DNA of 64,000 bases from Candidatus Omnitrophota bacterium (GTDB taxonomy: Bacteria > Omnitrophota > Omnitrophia > Omnitrophales > JACROU01). Every line of letters starts with the position of its first letter. The stretch's first letter is position 1. The notes under the pieces were generated by a model. It had not been told where the DNA came from. It saw only the letters and a list, made by a program, of their open reading frames with translations, and searched no databases. Location: assembly GCA_016214265.1 (NCBI GenBank), contig JACROU010000049.1:9589-73588 (forward strand), written 5' to 3'. Positions 49,049 through 57,776 of the stretch are shown piece after piece. The translations under genes and the position numbers were made by a program.

Positions 49049-49458
49049 ATATCATGGATAAACCCGAACTACAGTTTTCGGTGATTTGCGATGACATCCG
49101 CCGGGAAGATAACGGGAAGTTAATGTTATTGGGACTGTTTGAGGTGATTGCCGCGCGGCAATTTCCTGCCACCCATCCGCGACTTTTTATCGCCAACCGG
49201 TGGTGCAAATGGGATGGTCGATTCAAAGAAAGAACCCGCATCGTTTATTCCGAAACAAAAGAAGTGATTGTGGAAAGTCCCGAGGTTGAAGTTGAACTTC
49301 AGGATTTTTCAACGCATCACACGGTGCTCTCTCAGTTCGATAATGTGAAATTTCCCGGACCTGGAAAATATTTTGTCGAGATATTGCTCGACGGTGAGCT
49401 TTTCCGTTATTTCCCAATCAATCTGCTTGCAATGAACCAAGAATCACGAGAATCATGA
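49045..49458 (+). CDS. Conserved hypothetical beta-sandwich protein (DUF6941-like)
   Basis: ICDDIRREDNGKLMLLGLF..I...FP and FPGPGKYFVEILLDGE pattern. Confidence 0.65.
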   Translation: MNIMDKPELQFSVICDDIRREDNGKLMLLGLFEVIAARQFPATHPRLFIANRWCKWDGRFKERTRIVYSETKEVIVESPEVEVELQDFSTHHTVLSQFDNVKFPGPGKYFVEILLDGELFRYFPINLLAMNQESRES

Positions 49459-50180
49459 ACCTCGTTAAATTATTAATTCTTTCTCCGGCATGTTATTTTT
49501 TTTTAGCGACATCTTGCTGGGCGGGCGTGTATTTCGAATCTGAAATTCATTCCAATCTCGATCCTGATATCCACAAGTCTCAGACATTTATTTCCGGCAC
49601 CAAGATGAAGACTTTAATCGACGATTCGTATGGTTGGATCATTGATCTTTCAAGCGGCAAGCTCATTGATTATGATCTCTCCAATAAAACGTATTACGAA
49701 ATATCACTTACAGATATGTCCAAGGAGTGGGAAGCCATCGGGGTCAAGATGAAAAGTGTGGAATCACAAAATAAACAGCAAGAAAACGTTTTTGTTCCGG
49801 TGCTCAAAAGAGTAAAGAAAACGAAAAAAATCATGGGATATGACACGAGCTTGGTGCAGGTGGACTTGAATCAGACTGAGAGTCAGGATTTGTGGGTCAC
49901 CAAACAGATTCCTTCTACGGAAGAAGTACTGAATTTTTGGCGTGCCTTTTACCGATATTCGTCGTCTCCGCTCAAACAATTTGAGCCGTTAAAGCGTCAT
50001 TTTGAAATCATGTCTAAACTTGATGCATTTGTAGTGCTTAGAAAGACCCAAATTCATCCTCCGGGAGTGGTGGGTGCATTTGAGGAAGAGGAGCAAGTGA
50101 CCAAAGTCGAAGATCGAAATTTTGCGGCAGATTTTTTTGAATTGCCGAAAGATTTACAAAGAAAGGATTCGATATCATGA
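49455..50180 (+). CDS. Exported protein, DUF4412-like
   Basis: Signal peptide, IIDL...K...NKTYYE, KKIMGYDT, LWVTK, DFFELPK. Confidence 0.6.
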   Translation: MNLVKLLILSPACYFFLATSCWAGVYFESEIHSNLDPDIHKSQTFISGTKMKTLIDDSYGWIIDLSSGKLIDYDLSNKTYYEISLTDMSKEWEAIGVKMKSVESQNKQQENVFVPVLKRVKKTKKIMGYDTSLVQVDLNQTESQDLWVTKQIPSTEEVLNFWRAFYRYSSSPLKQFEPLKRHFEIMSKLDAFVVLRKTQIHPPGVVGAFEEEEQVTKVEDRNFAADFFELPKDLQRKDSIS

Positions 50181-50719
50181 AAAAATTGATTCTGACTGTT
50201 TTGGGGCAGGACCGGCCGGGTATCGTTGCAGAAGTGACAGGCGTTTTATTTAAGCATCATTGCAATATCGAGGATTCCAGCATGACGATTCTTGAGGGGG
50301 AATTTGCCATGTTGTTGGTCGTTTCGCTACCGGAGAATATGAATTCGTCAGATTTGAAGGAGAAATTTGATTCGCTTGTGAAGAAGTCAGATCTTTATAT
50401 CAACATCAAAAGTTTTGCTGAAGGGGTGTTGAAAAGCGTTGTCCCTGAACCCAGGAATTATGTCATTTCGGTGATCGGTGCTGATAAACCCGGTATTGTT
50501 TATCATATTGCCAAATTACTGGCGGAACACGATGCCAATATCACTGACGTGGAAACCAAGCGTATTGGCAAGGGTGACCGCGTTGTATACGCCATGATTT
50601 TGGAATCGAACATTCCGGTGAATGTGAAGATTCCTCAACTTGAATCAGAATTTGCCGAGCTCGGTAAGAAGCTTTCCGTTGAAATAACGATTAAACCCAT
50701 AGAATCATTGACGTTTTAA
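50177..50719 (+). CDS. Tandem ACT-domain protein (GcvR-like)
   Basis: LTVLGQDRPGIVA...NIEDS and ISVIGADKPGIVY...NITDV, two ACT repeats. Confidence 0.88.
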   Translation: MKKLILTVLGQDRPGIVAEVTGVLFKHHCNIEDSSMTILEGEFAMLLVVSLPENMNSSDLKEKFDSLVKKSDLYINIKSFAEGVLKSVVPEPRNYVISVIGADKPGIVYHIAKLLAEHDANITDVETKRIGKGDRVVYAMILESNIPVNVKIPQLESEFAELGKKLSVEITIKPIESLTF

Positions 50720-50721
50720 TC

Positions 50722-51219
50722 ATGACCGTTCGGCGTATTGTTGAATATCCTAATCCGCTTTTGCGCCATGAAACAATCCCTGTCGCAAAAATCGATTCAC
50801 GAATCCGCCAACTTATTACGGATTTAATAGACACACTGCATGCGTTTCCTGGATGCGTGGGAATTGCCGCTAATCAAATTGGAGAGCGGGACAGGATTGC
50901 TATTGTGGATGTCTCTGAAAAGGAAAAAGATAAAAATGCACTTATTCTGATCAATCCTCAAATCGTTTCTTTCATCGGAGAGAAATTTTTGCGGGAAGGA
51001 TGCTTGAGCGTCCAAAATCTGACGGCAAATGTTAAACGGTCCGATGAAGTGGTGGTGGAGTGGATGGACGAGAGCGGCAAAGAGCGGGTTCATCACGCTC
51101 ATGGCATTGAAGCGGTTTGTATTCAGCATGAAGTGGATCATTTAAATGGCGGACTTTTTATCGATCGTGTTTTAAACGCGCAGACGGATATTTTTAGACG
51201 AAAAAAATACCTGCATTGA
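50722..51219 (+). CDS. def: Peptide deformylase
   Basis: CVGIAANQIG (motif 1 variant), EGCLS, QHEVDHLNG. Confidence 0.9.
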   Translation: MTVRRIVEYPNPLLRHETIPVAKIDSRIRQLITDLIDTLHAFPGCVGIAANQIGERDRIAIVDVSEKEKDKNALILINPQIVSFIGEKFLREGCLSVQNLTANVKRSDEVVVEWMDESGKERVHHAHGIEAVCIQHEVDHLNGGLFIDRVLNAQTDIFRRKKYLH

Positions 51220-51974
51220 AAGGAGACATATTTACAGTCATGTCGGAACCTCGAGGTGAAGTGAAGTATTTGTTTGTTAAGCGAGATGCGTATTCTAGGC
51301 TCGCCATTGGAATTTTGTCCATTTTAGTAATTATCCAGATACTGTTTTTTGTTTGGACTTTAAAACTGCTCGCAAACCGTCAGCCTGTCAAAAAACACGT
51401 GGCAGCGGTTAGGGTGATTGAAAAACCCGTTTTGCGCTCGAAGGTTTATGCGCCCAAAACGGTTTCGACTAGCGTGGTCAAGGAAGAAACCCCAATTCGC
51501 GTGAAGCCGGTGGGAGAGCGGAAAGGTGTTTCATTCACTTTTGACGATCCTCAGGCTCATCCCAAAATTGGCGAGGAATTGGTTCTGGCAAAAAAGAATT
51601 CGAGCAATTTGGCAGAGACAATTTCGGTGCATGTTGATGAAGCAGCCCGTTTGGGGGTGAAAGGCAAGGGGTTAAGAATTGAATATCAATTTTTGGATGC
51701 CAGTTCGTTTATGGATTGGGTCGGGCTCGACTTTAGGGTGCCGAGCAAGGGTTCTGAATTAATTTTCTGGATTCGGGGCGATGCCAAAACCGGTTTCAGC
51801 CAAAAACTGAAAGTTTTGATTTCTTCAGGCGGACAAACAAGGACTTTGCCAATTAACGCACTTGGCGCGTTCTGGAAACGGGTGCATTTTCCAGTTAGCG
51901 GAAATGTGGATTCAATACGACTGATCATTTTGAGATCAAATGATTACGACACTGACGGTAAACCCTGCGATTGA
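51216..51974 (+). CDS. Membrane-anchored hypothetical protein with CBM11/CIA30-like beta domain
   Basis: One TM near the N-terminus; GLRIEY, LIFWIRGD, WKRVHFP pattern; start TTG 51216 or ATG 51240; 35-bp overlap with the next gene. Confidence 0.5.
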   Translation: MKGDIFTVMSEPRGEVKYLFVKRDAYSRLAIGILSILVIIQILFFVWTLKLLANRQPVKKHVAAVRVIEKPVLRSKVYAPKTVSTSVVKEETPIRVKPVGERKGVSFTFDDPQAHPKIGEELVLAKKNSSNLAETISVHVDEAARLGVKGKGLRIEYQFLDASSFMDWVGLDFRVPSKGSELIFWIRGDAKTGFSQKLKVLISSGGQTRTLPINALGAFWKRVHFPVSGNVDSIRLIILRSNDYDTDGKPCD

Positions 51975-52881
51975 TTTAACTCTTGAGGTGAACGGACTTG
52001 TGGTTGAAGACGTCAACCGCGTGAAGCATTTCCATGAGAATATCGGGGGAAAAGGAATTAATGTTTCCAAAGTGCTTCATGAGCTGGGGCTTGCGAAATT
52101 ACACACCCTCGCCGTACTTGGCGGAAGACGCTCTGGCCGTTTCGAGCGTATTGCAAAATCAGACGGACTAAAAATCAACAAAGTTCAGATTGCGGATGAG
52201 ACGCGAATTAACATCACGATTTATGACCAGTTGAGTCACAAAACCACAAAATTAAATCAGCCTGGCCCTCAAATTACAGTCGCTGAGGAAGAAAATTTAC
52301 TCGAAATTTGTCTTAAAACCGCCAGAATCAGCAAATATTTTTTAATGGCAGGTTCATTGCTGCCAGGGTTAAAGATGAATTGGTACGCCAAGTTACTGTC
52401 GAATATAAGGGGAAATGGTTCGTATGTGGCTCTGGATGCTGATGGTGAAACGCTGAAGAAGGCTCTGCCAGAAAAGCCTTCGTTAATTAAGCCCAATCGA
52501 TACGAAGCTGAGCGTGTATTGGGTAAACGGCTTCCCAATGAGAAATCTTTGGTCTGGGCAGGTCGGCGTTTGCGCGAAATGGGGGCTCAGAACGTAATAC
52601 TTTCCCTAGGCGGGGAAGGGGCCTTATTTTCAGGTAAAGAAGGGGCATGGCGCGGCTATTCTATCCCTGTTCGGGCCAAGTCCACTATTGGGGCTGGTGA
52701 CTCATTGATGGCTGGATTTTTATTCCAGCAGATTCGAGGGAAAAGTATTCCAGAGTCACTTGCTTTTGGAATGGCCTGTGGAACTCATACAGCGACTTTG
52801 GGAGCTACAGAATTTTGCACGAAACCGGAAGTGATGAAATTGGTGTCGAAGATGGTTATTAAAAAAGTGAATGGAGATTAA
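51940..52881 (+). CDS. 1-phosphofructokinase family (PfkB) hexose-phosphate kinase
   Basis: TLTVNPAID, GGKGINVS, ETRINI, AGSL, IKPNRYEA, SLGGEGA, STIGAGDS. Confidence 0.9.
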   Translation: MITTLTVNPAIDLTLEVNGLVVEDVNRVKHFHENIGGKGINVSKVLHELGLAKLHTLAVLGGRRSGRFERIAKSDGLKINKVQIADETRINITIYDQLSHKTTKLNQPGPQITVAEEENLLEICLKTARISKYFLMAGSLLPGLKMNWYAKLLSNIRGNGSYVALDADGETLKKALPEKPSLIKPNRYEAERVLGKRLPNEKSLVWAGRRLREMGAQNVILSLGGEGALFSGKEGAWRGYSIPVRAKSTIGAGDSLMAGFLFQQIRGKSIPESLAFGMACGTHTATLGATEFCTKPEVMKLVSKMVIKKVNGD

Positions 52882-52883
52882 AC

Positions 52884-54539
52884 ATGAGTGAAATTCTGAA
52901 AAAAATTTCAAAATTGGTGGAATCGGAAGATCCTGAACTGGCTGGCGCAAGCTTAAAAGTGGTCGGCGCGTTAAAACTCAAAAACAATCAAATTTTCAAA
53001 GGAATCAAGAAACATATTGAGAATGAGAATCCGCGATTGAAACAGGCCGCAATTGATACGTTGGGAAGAATCGGTTCTCAGGAATCCGTAGCGTATCTTT
53101 TTCCTATTTATAAGAATGACGCGAATTTAAGATCTCAGGTAGGGCATGCATTGGCTCAAATCGGGGATCCCGTGCTTCCGGCGCTTGAAAAAGAATATGA
53201 AAAAGCTGGGAATCAGCGGGAATATCGAAAATCGCTTCTTTCCGTGATTGCTCGGGTGAAATCACACGGGGCATTGAAATTTTTACTTGGGGCGTTATTT
53301 GATGAGGATTTGGAGATTTTAAAGCATGTTTGTTATGAAATGCGTAATGTTATCGAAAAAATAGATCTGAAAGAAAAAGCGAGTATTCAGCTTGCGGTAG
53401 CTGAAGGGATTCGCCGTGCGCAAACAAAAAAATTGAATAACACGCTCGTTTCTTTAATTATTATAGTCGGATATTTGGCGGATAAAAAATCCAAGAAAAC
53501 CTTGCTTCATTTTCTGGACAAAAAATTCCCATTCGTTCTGCGCCGCAACGCGCTGATATCTTTGGGGAGAATAGGTCTTCAGGGAAAAGGAAACGAAGAC
53601 ATGGTTGATGTTTTGGTGGCACTTTTTGAAGACAATGATTTTGCTGGTTTTCACCGCAGTATTATTGAAATCCTGGAAAAGCAGGAATTTTCAAAACCGG
53701 TTCTGAAACAGATCGTTAGACATGCGGAAAGCAAGTCGCCTGAAATCCGGCGTTTTGCGCTCTCTAAAATGAGCCATGTAGACACAAAAGAAAATGTGCA
53801 GCTACTGGTGAATAATTTGTTTCATCAGGATTATCAGGTACGCCAGTCATCGGAAGAAGCGCTGAAGAAAATGGCTTCGTCCGTACCGACATTGCTAAAA
53901 GTTCTGGCAAAAGAAGAATCCCCGGATCGATTGAACCGGATCGGGAATATTTTGTCGTTTCATCGCGGCGAGGTCTCTCAGTTGCGACTTAAAGAGATTT
54001 TCGCCTCGATGGAAAAGGCCATTGAGAAATTTGAGGATGTGAAAGCCCAGGCATACTTCAATATGCTGAAGCAAATCAACCCCGACTTCACACATCACGC
54101 GATTTTGAAGGAAGCGGCAGCTCTCAAAACAAAGAAAAAGTACAAAGAAGAGGTTAAATTGCTTGAATTATTGTCTTCTAGCACCGTTTTTACTAAAGAA
54201 GCTAAATGGGAGCTTATGGTGGCAAATTTGAAGCTTTCGTCAAAGGATTTGTCATCCGTAGCCAGAAATAATGATAGGGCTCTGGCTATGGTTATGGGGT
54301 TTATCAAGGCTCAGGACAAGGATTTGATCAAACGTCTATTCAAGGAAAAGGTGTTAACGCCTCAGGAGCTTTATTATCTGGGATTTCATTTCTCGGAAAA
54401 ACTATTCGATCAGAAACAATTTGGGGTGGACTTACTCAAGACCATGATAAAAAAGTCGCCTCGAAATCAGTTCAGCATTCAGGCGAAAAAGCGCCTGCAA
54501 GTCGTAGGAACTGCCACACAAACACTCGAGCAAAGCTAA
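52884..54539 (+). CDS. HEAT-repeat protein
   Basis: Repeated ..R..A..ALG.IG units (LKQAAIDTLGRIG, LRRNALISLGRIG, IRRFALSKM, VRQSSEEAL). Confidence 0.75.
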   Translation: MSEILKKISKLVESEDPELAGASLKVVGALKLKNNQIFKGIKKHIENENPRLKQAAIDTLGRIGSQESVAYLFPIYKNDANLRSQVGHALAQIGDPVLPALEKEYEKAGNQREYRKSLLSVIARVKSHGALKFLLGALFDEDLEILKHVCYEMRNVIEKIDLKEKASIQLAVAEGIRRAQTKKLNNTLVSLIIIVGYLADKKSKKTLLHFLDKKFPFVLRRNALISLGRIGLQGKGNEDMVDVLVALFEDNDFAGFHRSIIEILEKQEFSKPVLKQIVRHAESKSPEIRRFALSKMSHVDTKENVQLLVNNLFHQDYQVRQSSEEALKKMASSVPTLLKVLAKEESPDRLNRIGNILSFHRGEVSQLRLKEIFASMEKAIEKFEDVKAQAYFNMLKQINPDFTHHAILKEAAALKTKKKYKEEVKLLELLSSSTVFTKEAKWELMVANLKLSSKDLSSVARNNDRALAMVMGFIKAQDKDLIKRLFKEKVLTPQELYYLGFHFSEKLFDQKQFGVDLLKTMIKKSPRNQFSIQAKKRLQVVGTATQTLEQS

Positions 54540-54578
54540 CGCAAATTGTACGTAGAAGGAAAAGTATTATGATGTATA

Positions 54579-54606
54579 ACGTCCTATAATGTATCTTATG
54601 TTAACT
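54579..54606. other. dif-like XerC/XerD chromosome dimer resolution site
   Basis: ACGTCCTATAA-TGTATC-TTATGTTAACT, an 11-6-11 arrangement close to E. coli dif (GGTGCGCATAA-TGTATA-TTATGTTAAAT); lies at the + to - gene-orientation switch. Confidence 0.85.
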
Positions 54607-54949
54607 ATTTGTATATAGTGAATAGCGCCTGCAGGCCTTTGCAGTATTCCAGTGCATCCTGGGTTTTCCATCGGGTGGGAAAGTCGCGGCATTGTGCGGG
54701 TTTTACTGAGTGAATGCGGCAAGTGTTTCCTTCAAGCATCAGACACGAGCCATCGGGCTTGTTTTTGAGGGTTAATCGCGGCTTTTCGATGAGGTCACAG
54801 AAGCTATTGACGAAGGTCTCTTCTGTGATGTTTAAATGCTCTGAGATGCGGCTTATTTCATTCGTGGCGATATAAATATAGCCGGGATTAGTGCAGCATT
54901 TAAGGCAGCGCTGGCATTGGAATTCGTCTAAATGGTCCAAATAACTCAT
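54605..54949 (-). CDS. YkgJ family cysteine-cluster (CxxCxxCC) protein
   Basis: FQCQRCLKCC, C.ML..N.CRIHSVKPAQCRDFP. Confidence 0.85.
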   Translation of the reverse strand: MSYLDHLDEFQCQRCLKCCTNPGYIYIATNEISRISEHLNITEETFVNSFCDLIEKPRLTLKNKPDGSCLMLEGNTCRIHSVKPAQCRDFPTRWKTQDALEYCKGLQALFTIYK

Positions 54950-55389
54950 TTTAATTTGCTGGAAACCAGGGAACTAACAGCTTTCCCATCTGCCCTCCCT
55001 TTAGTTTCTTCCATCACAAGTTTCATGACTTTACCCATATCCGCCTTGGTCGAAAGTCCGCTTGCGGCAAGGACTTTATTGACGATGGCTTCCAGTTCCT
55101 GAGACGTCATTTGTGCGGGTAAATAGGTTTCGAGGATTTTTAGCTCACGCTCTTCTTTGGCTACGAGGTCGGGGCGGTTACCTTTTTTGAACTCTTCAAT
55201 ACTATCGCGTCGCTGTTTCACCTGCCTCGTGATAATCAGGATGACATCCTCATCCACAGCATCCTTTTTTATTTTTTCGATAAGATATAGTTTTACGGCG
55301 GACATAACTCCCCGAAGTGTGTTTGTGCGGACTTCATCCCGGTCTTTCATTGCCGCTTTCATATCATCTTGAATTTTTACCAGAATCAT
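54946..55389 (-). CDS. GatB/YqeY domain protein
   Basis: DMKAAMK, KQRRDSIEEF..GNRPDL...E..E...L..YLP.Q, DMGKVM, GRADG. Confidence 0.92.
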   Translation of the reverse strand: MILVKIQDDMKAAMKDRDEVRTNTLRGVMSAVKLYLIEKIKKDAVDEDVILIITRQVKQRRDSIEEFKKGNRPDLVAKEERELKILETYLPAQMTSQELEAIVNKVLAASGLSTKADMGKVMKLVMEETKGRADGKAVSSLVSSKLK

Positions 55390-55403
55390 GATTCTTTCTC
55401 CTC

Positions 55404-55901
55404 TTATTGTTGATATGCGTCTGAAAGTTCAACTATTTTTGCTTGAAGTTTTGACAGATCCAAAAGAGCGACCGTCGGCTTGCCGTTCATGAGTCCGGAG
55501 CCTTCTCCGGGATTTAAAATTAGCGCCCGGTTCATTTTCTCGATTCTTGAGTTGTGAGTATTGCCGCAAATAATAATATCCACAAGCGTGCTTTCTTTGC
55601 CGAGGTTAACCGTCTTTTCGTCATGAATGATCAAAATTGATCGGTTATCTAAAATTAAATAATACGGAGGTTCTTTAATCGCGCCATGTGAAATATCAGC
55701 CGGACCCATTTTCCGGGCGTCGCTGTTGCCAAGTACCGCAAAAAATGGCACGCCGGAACATAGAAATTCCTTGGCGGTGGCCGGAGATGTGAAATCTCCA
55801 GCATGGATGATAGCGCCGACTTTTTGGGCTTTAAAAAATTTTATCGCATTCTGTACTTCCAGAATCGCGTCATGAGTGTCTGAGATTACGCCTACGAGCA
55901 T
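55404..55901 (-). CDS. YfcE-family metallophosphoesterase
   Basis: ISDTHD, IHAGDF, VLGNSD, LNPGE; GNTH in place of the usual GHTH. Confidence 0.82.
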   Translation of the reverse strand: MLVGVISDTHDAILEVQNAIKFFKAQKVGAIIHAGDFTSPATAKEFLCSGVPFFAVLGNSDARKMGPADISHGAIKEPPYYLILDNRSILIIHDEKTVNLGKESTLVDIIICGNTHNSRIEKMNRALILNPGEGSGLMNGKPTVALLDLSKLQAKIVELSDAYQQ

Positions 55902-55907
55902 GTGGAT

Positions 55908-57776
55908 TTACCAGTCCTTGGCAACTTCGTGCCGCTTATAACTCTCGGGCGGACGTCTTAGATAAAGGAGCTCTTTTTCTGCGTCCTGGAGCGCGTTTAA
56001 GATTTTCAAAGCGCTTTCTTTGGAGATACGGTTAAACGAGCCGCGCGACTGCATGTTTGATCCTATAGCTTGAGGCGATTTATCTCCCGATTCTTCCCCG
56101 CCGCCAGGCATTTGCTTTTCAGTGGACTCCGAACCGGATTCCTCTGAGGGCTGCTGGGTGTCCTGTTCGCTGGTTCCGGATTGGTTTTTCTCCTGCAGCG
56201 CCTGCTCGCTTTGATAAGGGGTTTCTTCATTTTTTTGAGCGGTTTCTTGATCGGATTGTTCTTCTATGTTTTCTCCTTGCTCGGCTTCAGATTTTTTGCT
56301 TTCCTCGCCCTTTTCCTTTTGATCCTGATCTTGTTTTTCCTCTCCACCTTTTCCTTGTTCACCCTCTTGCATATTTTTCTGATCCTGCTTTTCCTGCTCT
56401 TGGCCTGGGCGTTGCAAACTCTTGCGCAATTCTTCTTCAAGTTTTTTGCTTAAATCACTTTCGCTTCCAAGATTTTGATCTTTCTTTTCGCCCTTCTGAT
56501 CTTTATCTTTTTGATCCTGTTGTTGCTCCTGCCCCTTACCTTGTTCGGGCTTGTTCTGATCTTTGCCTTTTTCTTGCTCATCTTTTTTATCCTGCTCGCC
56601 CTTTTGATCCGATTTTTGCTTGTCTTGTTCCTCGCCTTGCTCACCTTGTTTTTTATCTTGCTGCTGGTTTTCTTGTCCGCCTTTTTCCCCATGGCTAGGT
56701 TGATTTTTTTGATCTTGCCCTGATTGTTTTTGTTGCTGTTGATCCTGCCCTTGTTGGCCACCCTGGTTCTGATCCTTTTGGTCTTTCTGCTTTTGTTGCT
56801 GATCTTTCTGCTGATTCTTGTCCCCTTGCTGATTCTTTCTATCTTGCTCTGACTTTTGCTTTTGCTGATCCGATTGTTTGCCTTGAGCCCCTTGCTGATT
56901 TTGATCCTGCTTCATTTGGTCCTTCTGATCTTTCTGTTCCGACCCTTGAGCGCCTTGTTGTTGGTCTTTTTGGTCTTGCTTATTCTGATCCTTTTCTTGC
57001 TGATTCTTCTGGTCATTTTGTTGCTGGTCCTTTTGATCCTTCTGCTCCGACCCTTGACCGCCTTGTTGCTGCTGCTGTTTATCTTTCTGATTCTGTTGGT
57101 TTTGCTGCTGTTGCTGGGCTCCGCCGCCGTCACTTTGATTCTGCTGTTGTTGCTGGTTCTGCTGTTGATTCTGTTGAGACTGATTCTGTTGGTTTTGCTG
57201 TTGCTGTTGTTGGTTCTGTTGAGATTGGTTCTGCTGCTGATTCTGTTGAGATTGGTTCTGCTGATTTTGTTGTTGTTCGTTTTTCTGATTTTCCTTCTTT
57301 TCCTCTGGGGTACGGCGCTGGTCCTGTTGTTTTTCATGCTCATTTTTCTTTTGCAATAGAAATTCCAAATTATACTTGGCATCCAAATCTTTCGGATTGA
57401 TATCGAGGGCTTTTTTGTACGCGGCGATGGCCTGATCGAAATTGCCAAGCCGGTATTGCGAATTTCCGTAATTGTAAAGCGCCTGTTCTGTAAGCGTAGA
57501 ATTTTTGGGAAGAACTTTTAAAGACCGCTCAAATTCCTGATTTGCCTCTTTGTGCTGACCCAATTTGTATAGGGCACTTCCCATGTTGTAATGAATTTCA
57601 GGATTTGCGGTATCCTTTCTGGAAGCATCTCTGTAGTTTTCAAGAGCTTGACGATACCGCTTTTCTTGGAAGAGATCATTTCCTTTTTTGGTTAGAGATT
57701 CCTTTGTATCCAGAAAACCCATAAAAAATGGGCAAATTCCAAGAAGCAATAATACAGTTAAACATCTTATTTTCAT
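55908..57776 (-). CDS. BatC-like exported TPR protein with a very long Gln/Lys/Asp/Glu-rich linker
   Basis: Signal peptide, TPRs (YNMGSALY, YNYGNSQY, AKYNLE), about 425-aa low-complexity region, C-terminal A..IL.AL...E...KDW. Confidence 0.8.
   Translation of the reverse strand: MKIRCLTVLLLLGICPFFMGFLDTKESLTKKGNDLFQEKRYRQALENYRDASRKDTANPEIHYNMGSALYKLGQHKEANQEFERSLKVLPKNSTLTEQALYNYGNSQYRLGNFDQAIAAYKKALDINPKDLDAKYNLEFLLQKKNEHEKQQDQRRTPEEKKENQKNEQQQNQQNQSQQNQQQNQSQQNQQQQQQNQQNQSQQNQQQNQQQQQNQSDGGGAQQQQQNQQNQKDKQQQQQGGQGSEQKDQKDQQQNDQKNQQEKDQNKQDQKDQQQGAQGSEQKDQKDQMKQDQNQQGAQGKQSDQQKQKSEQDRKNQQGDKNQQKDQQQKQKDQKDQNQGGQQGQDQQQQKQSGQDQKNQPSHGEKGGQENQQQDKKQGEQGEEQDKQKSDQKGEQDKKDEQEKGKDQNKPEQGKGQEQQQDQKDKDQKGEKKDQNLGSESDLSKKLEEELRKSLQRPGQEQEKQDQKNMQEGEQGKGGEEKQDQDQKEKGEESKKSEAEQGENIEEQSDQETAQKNEETPYQSEQALQEKNQSGTSEQDTQQPSEESGSESTEKQMPGGGEESGDKSPQAIGSNMQSRGSFNRISKESALKILNALQDAEKELLYLRRPPESYKRHEVAKDW
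56066..57344 (-). repeat. Low-complexity Gln-rich coding repeat region
   Basis: Repeated QNQSQQNQQQ units (about 57150-57270) and duplicated QGSEQKDQKDQ (about 57024-57056 and 56916-56948). Confidence 0.85.

Noticed and set aside
56900-57300. CRISPR-like or non-coding tandem array
   Set aside because: Repeats are codon-phased, degenerate and inside a CDS; no constant repeat with unique spacers and no cas genes
56856-57359. 167-aa Leu-rich ORF on + (and neighbours at 56181 and 56475) resembling a membrane protein
   Set aside because: It is the antisense shadow of CAA/CAG Gln codons in the BatC-like gene; no independent coding evidence
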